Source: Octopus sinensis
Taxonomy: Eukaryota
NCBI RefSeq assembly: GCF_006345805.1
Contig: NW_021828741.1
Span: 1-7,713 of the forward strand
DNA length: 7,713 nt
Direction of reading: 5' to 3'
Made by a program: the position numbers and the translations under genes
The notes under the pieces: model-generated
Databases searched by the model: none
Seen by the model: the letters and a program-made list of their open reading frames with translations, nothing else
What the model was told of the DNA's origin: nothing
In this document: positions 1-7,713 of the stretch, in pieces
Position numbering within the stretch: the stretch's first letter is position 1
Layout: every line of letters starts with the position of its first letter

Positions 1-379
1 CACCAGCTGAATTCAATTCGTCCCCAGTCGAAAGACATCTGTTGTTATGTCCTGTTATTAATATCATTTTTATTGCATTTTGTATTTATATTTGTGTAAC
101 ATCGTCTGTTTTTCCGTCCTTGTTTTTGTATACATTTGATGCTTTCTTCGAAGGAATCTAATGGTCCTAGCTTAGTTTTTCCTTGGGGCTGGCCAGATTG
201 GAGCAATCTCAAGAATAATCAGCCGAAATTGCGAGGATGATCCGGTTCTTGACTGAGGCTAGAAAGCTTCGAATGACCCGTCCTTGTGTTTTTTGTATTG
301 TCTATCTGGATGTTTTGTTGTCCCTTTTTGTATCACCTAGTTGTCCGGATGTCTTGCCTTCTTGTCCCATTTTGTATTT

Positions 380-413
380 TATATATATATATATAGGGCG
401 TACATACACTTTG

Positions 414-455
<42 letters not shown>

Positions 456-513
456 ATATATATAATATATATATATATATTATATATATATATATAATAC
501 ATACATACATACA
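380..513. repeat. Compound microsatellite (TA)n / (TC)n / (TA)n / (TACA)n
   Basis: Direct reading; a short unique spacer lies at 396-416. Confidence 0.95.
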
Positions 514-1413
514 TTGATAGAACACACATATAGAACTTCTGTACTTCATATATCTGAAAAAGAAGCACATTCTAAAGCATTAGGGTGGCAGTCAATATTT
601 TAGGACGTTAAATATTATGCCTGCTCATAGCCATCATAGTTTTCTCTCCTATAAAGCACTTAGCAGTATAGGCAGCTCGTCAAACTCAAATAATCGAAGG
701 CGCATAAACTCTCTGCAAGTTGAGGAGGAAACACGTCACGACCAGTTAGTTTTCTAACCAAAAAAGTATTTGCAACGTTACTACCAGTTCGAATATGCAA
801 GTGCCGCATTTGAACCTGTAAAGAAGCTATTCACTGTGTTTTGTCGCGGAGAAAATATCTGGGGGTTCGAAAGCGCCATTGGTATATTCGAACTTGTAAT
901 AGCATTGCATTTAAGCATATTACTGCTTAGCGGGCCCAACCCTCAAAAAATATTTGTCCATGGTGCAGGCGTGACGAAGTTCTCGCTCTTACATCGGCTC
1001 TGGTTGTGATAATATTCCAGGAGTTACAGCAGTCTATTCAACGAATGAGCAATTCTAAGTTTGTATTAGGAAACGTTTTAGATGCGGACAATGTTTAAGC
1101 TCTGCTTTATTGGAGTTCAAAAAGTCTCTGGGATTAAATGTTTTTAGGATTTTTGCCCTCTCTGCCAAACAAAGCTTACACCGTTTGCTCCCTTTTATAT
1201 AAACCCTATCTCATCTGCAGCTCAGACAAATATTTTTGTCTACTATAGTAACTGACCATGAGATACTTCTTCCTCCACTTGTAGAGAAATTATGTGTCTT
1301 CAGCCATTTGTGTGTCGAGTCATCTATACCGCTAAGTGCGTTGCAGAGATGAAAACAATGATCCTTTATGACCTGTCATAACTTTTAAATTCTTAATACA
1401 CAGACACACAGGC

Positions 1414-1434
1414 ATATATATATATATATATATA
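1414..1434. repeat. (TA)n microsatellite
   Basis: Direct reading. Confidence 0.95.
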
Positions 1435-1440
1435 AATTTT

Positions 1441-1641
1441 TTTCAGTCAAAATCCGGCCATGCCATGTTGGGGCACCGCCTTGAACTTTATCGCCGAAAG
1501 AATCGACCTCATTTCTTCTTAAAGCCTGGTACTTTTTAACGGCTTCCTTTTGGCAAACCGCTACCTAACGAGGACACAAACATGCCATCACCGACTGTCA
1601 AGTGCTGATGGGAGGACAAATACAGACACAAAGATACACAC
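1441..1641 (-). mobile_element. 3' body of an octopus-type SINE (headless), abutting (TA)n
   Basis: Homologous to 2818-3066 in this window: TTTCAGTCA..GGCCATG vs TTTCAGTAA..GCGGCCATG; AAAGCCTGGT vs TAAGCCTGTT; GATGGGAGGACAAATACAGACACAAAGA vs GGTGGGAGACAGACACAAACACAAAGA. It also matches a common octopus SINE 3' region as I recall it. Confidence 0.7.
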
Positions 1642-1658
1642 ATAAATATAAATGTGTG

Positions 1659-1668
1659 TATATATACA

Positions 1669-1720
<52 letters not shown>
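1659..1720. repeat. (TA)n microsatellite
   Basis: Direct reading; it adjoins the SINE body at 1441-1641. Confidence 0.95.
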
Positions 1721-1722
<2 letters not shown>

Positions 1723-1919
1723 TAGATGAACAAACTAATATCAGTGTGTCAGTGTGTCACACTTTGACCTCGTCTCTCCTTATTCAATGACACTTCTACT
1801 ATTCTTCATGATGGAATGAGAGTAATAGTAAGCATAGTAACATGCTGGAATGAAGAATTTAGAAATATAGATTAGGTGGTTGGACAGGTCAGTGCTTAGT
1901 AGCAGAAGAAAATAAATAT

Positions 1920-2180
1920 GTGAAGATGTATACAGATGCATATATTAGAGATGTATATACATATTTATACAGATATTTATACAAATCAATATCTACATAT
2001 AAAATTCGTACTCATATATATATGTATATGTACACATGCACATCCATATATACGTGTAGCTGTATGTATTATCGCCCCTGTACACGCAGGTATATATACT
2101 TGGCATACACACACATCCACACATACACACATACATATAAACGCACATATGTATGCACACATATACATACAAATATAATT
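1920..2180. repeat. Degenerate TA/CA dinucleotide array
   Basis: Eroded ATATAC/ACACAT alternation throughout. Confidence 0.8.
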
Positions 2181-2453
2181 AGATGGTTGTGACATTCGAG
2201 TTTGAGTGAGATTAGGAGTTAAAATGTTGATTTATAAGGTTATTAGGATTACCTAAGGGGTATTGTGAAACATACTGTATGGTCGTTTAGGCATTTGGAT
2301 TTGTGGTAGAATTTGTGAAAAAAGCGGTGGTTGCATGTGTTTAGTGCCTCGTTATGTTTATTTAGCAGTGCTGGAGAGTTGTGGTTTAATATGTGAAGTG
2401 TCTCCTTCAGGCAAAACTTGCAGGTTAGCCTTGGTTTTCTTTATCTCATTCTG

Positions 2454-2455
<2 letters not shown>

Positions 2456-2486
<31 letters not shown>
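2456..2486. repeat. (TA)n microsatellite
   Basis: Direct reading. Confidence 0.95.
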
Positions 2487-2491
<5 letters not shown>

Positions 2492-2640
2492 GCCGATATA
2501 TGACCGACGTTGGACTCCTTATTTGCACAATCACCAAACCTGGAGCTTAACTATGGTCTATCCATAGCACTTACTCAGCATTACCTGACACTTTTGTTTC
2601 TTATTGACACCATTACCTCTCATAACCTCTCTCTATATAT

Positions 2641-2796
2641 ACATATATATGACGGGCTTCTTTCAGTTTCGGTCTACCAAGACCACTACAAAGACTTTGG
2701 TGGGTCCGAGGCCATAGTAGAAGATATTTCCCCAAGGTGCACTGCAGTGGGACTCGAAACCATGTGGTTGAGAAGCTAGCTTCCTACCACACAGCT
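2641..2796 (-). mobile_element. 5' half of a tRNA-derived SINE with CORE-like box (OR-like)
   Basis: The minus strand reads GCTGTGTGGTAGGAAG (A-box region), GTTTCGAGTCC (B box, 2760-2750), GCACCTTGGGGAAATATCTTCTACTATGG (CORE-like CCTTGGGCAAGT box), then GGTAGACCGAAACTGAAAGAAGCCCGTC and (TA)n. Homologous to 4080-4216 and 4331-4481. Confidence 0.8.
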
Positions 2797-2800
2797 ATAT

Positions 2801-3215
<415 letters not shown>

Positions 3216-3711
3216 AACTTCTTTTCACATAGCCACACGTGCACATATATGTGTGTGTTTTTATGAATGTATCTATTATCTATCTATCTATCCGTCTGTC
3301 TGTCAATCCATGTATTATACAGTATAAAGACCCTACTTAAGTGCATATGTATTTTTGTCACCCTTCTTGCCGCCCCCGTTTGACTACTCTACACAAACCC
3401 GCGCGAACCTATTTCTGTACACAGGCATATTAATACACCATTCGTGCTATATAAACCCTCATACAAACGCACAAAACATATCTGTGTGTTTTATTTATTG
3501 TTTGATCGTGAGCTTGCTTGTGTGTCTGCATGTCTGTCTTTCTGTGTGTAGGTGGAGAGAAAGAGAGAAAGAAAGAGATGGGAAGAGACATGTATACGGG
3601 TAAATCAATCGCTTTTACACGTTACGTTCGAATGACACCATAACGTTCCTTTATGGAGGCATTAGTCATTAAAACAAGTTAAGTGTAATAATATTCGTCG
3701 CGGAACACCTT

Positions 3712-3754
3712 AACAGCAACAACAACAACAACGACAACAACAACAACAACAACA
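3712..3754. repeat. (CAA)n microsatellite
   Basis: Direct reading. Confidence 0.95.
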
Positions 3755-4079
3755 CTTCGAAGTAAGGAAACCCAGCGGGAGACATCTTTATTAAACCTTT
3801 GTTATTGATGTCTCATACTTCGGTTCATTTGTAAGTGTATTTACGTTTGTTTCCGCTCCTCTCCTTCTCTTTCTTACACTCTTGTCATAAAATTCTTGGA
3901 AGTTTTATTAAGTTTGAGCGGAATAATAATTGCTTCTTTCCTTTTCTATTATTTTTTCTTTTTGTACAGTATTTGATGCTTCTGTCGGAAATACCAAGAA
4001 TTTACCAAATTTAATTAGATATATTTATTGTTGGTTCACCTAGGTTTGATTAAGCCCAAGTAAACAGAGGAACAGGTAA

Positions 4080-4216
4080 GGCTGCATCCGTTAATAAGTT
4101 AGGATGGAAGCCATTGAGTTCCTGGTTCGATCCTACTGCTCGGCACCTTGGGCAAGTTCTTCTATAGAACACTCGTATTTACAAATGGCTTGTATGTGAA
4201 ACTTGCAAAGCGGAAA
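4080..4216 (+). mobile_element. 5' half of tRNA-derived SINE with CORE-like box, diverged
   Basis: B box GGTTCGATCC (4124-4133) followed by GGCACCTTGGGCAAGTTCTTCTATAG (4142-4167), in the same order as the 2641-2796 copy. Confidence 0.75.
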
Positions 4217-4330
4217 AAGTATATCCTGTATATTCATATATATATGCATATATACATAAAAACTCAGCACAAACGGAAGGGTGCGCGCACACCCCCACAC
4301 AACACACACAAAAACACACACATATATATA

Positions 4331-4481
4331 CAACTGGCTTCCATGTTTCCATACATTTTCCGTATATCAAATTTACTCCGAAGGCATTGGTTGACCAGAG
4401 GCTACAGTACAAGACACTTGCCTAAGGTGCCGCAAAGTGTGACCGAACCCGATACCATGTAGTTGCAAAACGAGTTTCTCA
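4331..4481 (-). mobile_element. 5' half of tRNA-derived SINE with CORE-like box, diverged
   Basis: Colinear with 2650-2790: TTTTCCGTATATCAAATTTACTC, GAGGCTACAGTACAAGACACTTGCCTAAGGTGCC (4398-4431), GACCGAACC (B box reverse complement, 4441-4449), ACCATGTAGTTG. Confidence 0.78.
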
Positions 4482-4581
4482 AAAGGAAGCTAGAACAAAG
4501 CTTAAATTACGCAATAACATAATTAATTGTACATTATTTACATTATTTACATTTGGTGGATATTTGTCCTCATTTATTGTT

Positions 4582-4625
4582 AACACAACGTTTCGGTTGA
4601 TATACCCTCCAGCCTTCACCAGGTG
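4582..4625 (-). ncRNA. Minimal type I hammerhead ribozyme motif (Penelope-type), core mutated
   Basis: The minus strand reads CAC-CTGGTGA-A-GGCTG-GAGGGTATAT-CAACC-GAAAC-GTT-GTGTT. The core differs from CUGANGA by one base (A6>G), stem II has one C.A mismatch, and stem I is shortened by a ~6-nt deletion relative to the right arm. Confidence 0.72.
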
Positions 4626-4669
4626 GAGAAATTTCGAACCTGGGTTCTCATTCTTAAGGTATTTTTCGA

Positions 4670-4732
<63 letters not shown>

Positions 4733-4772
4733 GTTGTTGTTGTTGTTGCCATTGTTGTTGTTGTTGTTGTTG

Positions 4773-4845
4773 TTCAGGTCACTGCTTGGAATCGAACTCG
4801 GAATCTTGGCGTTAGTAGCCCGCGCTCTTAACCACTACGCAATAC
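4773..4845 (-). promoter_or_regulatory. tRNA-derived SINE-type head with internal Pol III A and B boxes (not a functional tRNA)
   Basis: The minus strand reads TTGCGTAGTGG (A box, 4842-4832) TTAAGAGCGCGGGCTACTAACGCCAAGATTCCG AGTTCGATTCC (B box, 4798-4788), with 33-nt spacing. The anticodon and T stems pair poorly, so this is a pseudo-tRNA head. Confidence 0.8.
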
Positions 4846-4863
4846 GGCGTAGTGGTAATAATG

Positions 4864-4905
<42 letters not shown>

Positions 4906-4982
4906 TAATAATAATAATAATAACAACAACAGCATCGAAAAATACCTTAGGAGTGAGAACTCGGTTTCGAAATTTCCCCCAA

Positions 4983-5028
4983 GACACCGAATGAATGTTG
5001 GAGGGTATATCAACCGAAACGTTGTGTT
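4983..5028 (+). ncRNA. Minimal type I hammerhead ribozyme motif (Penelope-type), core mutated
   Basis: Stem I GACAC (4983-4987) / GTGTT (5024-5028); core CGAATGA (4988-4994, canonical CUGANGA) plus one extra A; stem II (T)GTTG (4996-5000) / CAAC(C) (5011-5015); GAAAC (5016-5020); GTT cleavage triplet (5021-5023). Stem III is reduced to the ACGT palindrome. Confidence 0.72.
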
Positions 5029-5262
5029 AACAACAAACAAGATGAGGACAAATATCCGTCAGGTGTAAATAATGCAAATAATGTAAATAATGTACATAAT
5101 TCCTCATCTCTTAAATATAGATCTGTAAAATTATTGTGTTTTAAAAAAAGAGTCTACATTTTCGTATAAAGTCTAAAACCAGAATTCCAAAATGTGCGGT
5201 CCCTAAAATGTCGTAATTCGTAGGTTCGACCATCATTCATTGGAAAAATTTTAGGTAACGTT

Positions 5263-5306
5263 AGAATAAAGCACGATGAATAAAGAAATCAGAATAAAGC
5301 ACGATG
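5263..5306 (+). repeat. 16-bp direct repeat AGAATAAAGCACGATG x2
   Basis: Exact copies at 5263-5278 and 5291-5306. Confidence 0.9.
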
Positions 5307-5737
5307 CAACAGATTGGGCAAAGAAATTGAAATTCCTTACCTCCTCGACTATTCCACGTCATATATTACAGTTTTCATTGATACTATTCGTAAAATGTGA
5401 AACAGAAAAATCTCGCAACCAAAATGGAGGTTTCTAGCATCGAAATTGCCATTAAATCATATGACTTTTTAATGAAAGAACGACATATATGGCAACATAC
5501 TTCTAGATATATAGTACTGGATAAAGAATGAAATGGTCACAGTTGCATCACACCGATTGATTAAACGGAATCTGAAAGTGATGTAAAAAGAATGCATTTT
5601 TAGAAAACCGAAAAATAGGAATGAAAACTACTTTTAACATGTCGCTGTTATTAACGTACCACGTATTCGCACTGAATACGTGGCAGAGTGGAAACAGATT
5701 ACTAATAAGTATGTCTTTCTAATGTGACTGCCTTTAA

Positions 5738-5958
5738 CGCTTTCATTACCAACACAGCTAAAACCGGCTCTGGTTCTTTAGTATAAATGTCTTGTTCTCA
5801 TAAGTTTTGAATTAAAATCTTCCACCAAACCTTAGTCACAATTTATGTTCCTAACACTATCTGAATGATAACTAAGTTATTTTACTAAATTCTTTGTTAT
5901 ATTTAAAATAATCGAAAGAAACACAGAGCATCTCAAAATAAATACAGTAATGAAAGGG
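5738..5958. mobile_element. piggyBac-type MITE (221 bp) flanked by TTAA
   Basis: TTAA (5734-5737) + CGCTTTCATTAC ... GTAATGAAAGGG + TTAA (5959-5962). The TIRs match at 11/12. TTAA plus CCC termini is the piggyBac signature. Confidence 0.88.
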
Positions 5959-5962
5959 TTAA

Positions 5963-6433
5963 TCCCTTAGCATTTAAACCAATGTGTCTCAACCATTTTT
6001 TTTTTCACCTATGGACCTCCTTTGATTTCTATTCTACTCAGAAGGATCTTCCTAGGCATTTGACTTTTTAAAAAAATCCAGTTATATTTCTGTAATTAAA
6101 TATTATTAGAAAATGTATAAACATTGCCAAAATATTCCGTCTATTATAGAAATATAACCAATTTATTACACATAGGTTTTAAGGACAAAATGTCATGAGA
6201 ACCCTGTTGAGAACCACTGATTTAAGTATTCTATATTCGGCCCAAATATTCTTCATGATTTTTTCCTTTTTATTTTTTGTCAAATTGGCCAAGTCTCACA
6301 GCTCAACTACCGTATCAATCTAAAAACAAATAATCATATCATCCAAATTTTTAAGCTACAAATTAAGGCATGATAAATAAAAAATAATTCTAATAAGTAT
6401 TATATTTAGTTGAGTAATCTGAATGCTGAAGTG
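5963..6433. mobile_element. Second piggyBac-type MITE (~230 bp without its insert), interrupted by a hAT MITE
   Basis: TTAA (5959-5962) + TCCCTTAGCATT ... AATGCTGAAGTG + TTAA (6434-6437). The ends match each other at 8/12, and each matches an inferred CCCTTTAGCATT at 10/12. Confidence 0.7.
5980..6219. mobile_element. hAT (Buster/Charlie-type) MITE, 240 bp
   Basis: Left TIR CAATGTGTCTCAAC (5980-5993) vs right GTTGAGAACCACTG (6206-6219), 11/14. The 8-bp flanks ATTTAAAC (5972-5979) / ATTTAAGT (6220-6227) match at 6/8 and have a central TA. Confidence 0.8.
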
Positions 6434-6529
6434 TTAACCCTGTATTCATAATGTTTTCTAGTTGAGCTATGTTTAGGAAATGTATAGTTTGTCCCGTGCT
6501 TGTGGATGCTGATGGTAATTCGTTTAGAG

Positions 6530-6731
6530 CAATGGTTGCCAACCGGGGTCCATATAGACCTTAGGGTTCACAAACACAAAATGTTTTAACAATTTATTAA
6601 ATACAAATCCTGGTGATATATAATCATAAAAAGATAATAGGGGCTTTTAGACATCGAATTGCAAGGAGGGTCACGTAGAGTAAAATAGGCATCAAAGGAG
6701 TTCAAAAGTAAAATTTGGTTGAAAACCAGTG
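6530..6731. mobile_element. hAT (Buster/Charlie-type) MITE, ~200 bp
   Basis: Left TIR CAATGGTTGCCAACC (6530-6544) vs right GGTTGAAAACCAGTG (6717-6731), 12/15. The left flank is GTTTAGAG (6522-6529) and TTAGAG recurs at 6732-6737, consistent with a partly deleted TSD. Confidence 0.75.
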
Positions 6732-7259
6732 TTAGAGTTTCTGTATTAACAAGTTTTCAAGGTCATTTCATTGCTGCTGAAATTGATGCAGTTGACTTTT
6801 ATTCCGATAGAACATCGACAGATCGATAACGTAAAAAAAAAAGAACGAAAAGAATATGTGAGAATAACACTAGAAACCTAGCTTTGAGGAGGTCCTAGGA
6901 GGGATAGTGAGGCGTTTCTTGTAAACCTGGGATGTGAAACTTTCTTATAGTAACATAGAATGATGGTAGTTGAGAGCTATCTTATGTGGCGTGGGTATAT
7001 AACTAGCAAGTTCAAACGACAAAGACGAAGAACGTTCTTACAAATTGTTCATATTGATATCGGTTGTGTCGGTAAACTACACGTTAGCTTTTATTCAGTG
7101 GACATTACTTCAAACGGTGATCTTCCCGTCTTTTCCACGTCTTTACGGTATCTAAACTTCAATTGTCAAATATTTGCCCTAGAGTATCATTTCGAGGAAG
7201 GTTTGACTTCTTATCTTATATTTATAAGCAAATAGGTTATAATAGGGAAATGTACACTG

Positions 7260-7264
<5 letters not shown>

Positions 7265-7294
<30 letters not shown>

Positions 7295-7352
7295 TGTATG
7301 TATGTATGTATGTATGTATGTATGTATGTATGTATGTATGTATGTATGTATT

Positions 7353-7391
<39 letters not shown>

Positions 7392-7398
7392 CATACAT
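7265..7398. repeat. (TATG)n followed by (TA)n/(CATA)n
   Basis: Direct reading; the TATG run spans 7265-7350. Confidence 0.95.
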
Positions 7399-7611
7399 GA
7401 CATGTCGCCTATTTACAAATACATTTGCGTACCGATGGGAGAGAAAAAGAGATTTAAGAAAGATAATATGTCCGTATGTATATGCATAAATAAATATACA
7501 GGTGAAATTGCACAAATGGAACAACGAGTTAGTGGGTAAGAGACGGACAGATAGACAACGTGAGAGATTACACTAGGCAGATGAAAATTCGGAAAGTGAT
7601 GGGCAAAATGT

Positions 7612-7619
7612 ACACACAC

Positions 7620-7670
<51 letters not shown>

Positions 7671-7674
7671 CACA
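7612..7674. repeat. (CA)n microsatellite
   Basis: Direct reading. Confidence 0.95.
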
Positions 7675-7713
7675 TAAACTCACATTTGTATTTGTGTGTC
7701 CGTGCGCGCGTTT

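Larger units (their letters stand above)
4521..5101. mobile_element. Palindromic (head-to-head) non-autonomous retroelement: tRNA-like head + (AAT/AAC)n + hammerhead-containing Penelope-like body + (TGTAAATAA)n tail
   Basis: The reverse complement of 4527-4672 aligns to 4932-5096 with about 17 substitutions in ~145 aligned nt plus a few indels (hand count). It includes a perfect 35-nt match (4577-4611 vs 4999-5033). The inner (ATT/GTT)n at 4672-4773 mirrors (AAT/AAC)n at 4856-4930. The centre is a 10-bp hairpin, ACCACTACGC (4831-4840) / GCGTAGTGGT (4847-4856). The right arm continues to ~5121. Confidence 0.88.

Noticed and set aside
125-145. Similarity to 3960-3982 (TTTTGTA..ATTTGATGCTT)
   Set aside because: The match is short and T-rich and does not extend convincingly.
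770-1009. 79-aa ORF, and a minus-strand 'HGQ' hint of a Helitron helicase motif
   Set aside because: It starts at TTG, has no recognisable domain, and the residues around HGQ do not fit the motif.
3616-3640. GTTCGAATG as a tRNA/SINE B box
   Set aside because: No A box at suitable spacing and no SINE body follows.
4773-4845. Functional tRNA gene
   Set aside because: A and B boxes are present, but the anticodon, T and acceptor stems do not pair properly. The parent tRNA cannot be assigned by eye.
4564-5040. ORFs 4564-4815, 4623-4994 and 4828-5040 with poly-L/Y/C/N/I; two share 'VNTTFRLIYPP'
   Set aside because: They are trinucleotide-repeat read-throughs. The shared peptide simply reflects the inverted DNA repeat.
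4501-5116. CTTAAAT at 4501-4507 and 5110-5116 as a TSD of the palindrome
   Set aside because: It is not flush with the arm ends and is a short AT-rich match that is likely due to chance.
5263-5306. Direct repeat as a CRISPR-like array
   Set aside because: Only two 16-bp copies with a 12-bp spacer in eukaryotic DNA; this is an ordinary local duplication.
6960-7235. 91-aa ORF or small exon candidates on either strand
   Set aside because: No recognisable homology, and the splice signals are weak. Transcript data would be needed.
7163-7673. ORFs with VCMY/HTYI/VC repeats
   Set aside because: They are translations of the (TATG)n and (CA)n microsatellites.

Overview
AT-rich, non-coding eukaryotic DNA made mostly of microsatellites and short mobile elements. 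The repeat families resemble those I recall from octopus genomes; that species call is recognition, not a search result. No credible protein-coding gene is present, and nearly all supplied ORFs are microsatellite or repeat read-throughs. Contents: (i) fragments of a tRNA-headed SINE with a CORE-like box, including a convergent inverted pair at 4080-4481; (ii) a cluster of four MITEs at 5734-6737, two piggyBac-type (TTAA) and two hAT/Buster-type; (iii) most notably, a ~580-bp head-to-head palindrome (~4521-5101). The palindrome has a central tRNA-derived Pol III head. Each arm is an (AAT/AAC)n spacer followed by a ~150-bp body containing a minimal type I hammerhead ribozyme motif with a palindromic ACGU stem III, the form known from Penelope-like elements. 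Both hammerhead cores are mutated at this locus, but at different positions, and together they reconstruct the canonical CUGAUGA. This suggests a non-autonomous, Pol III-driven, ribozyme-bearing retroelement.
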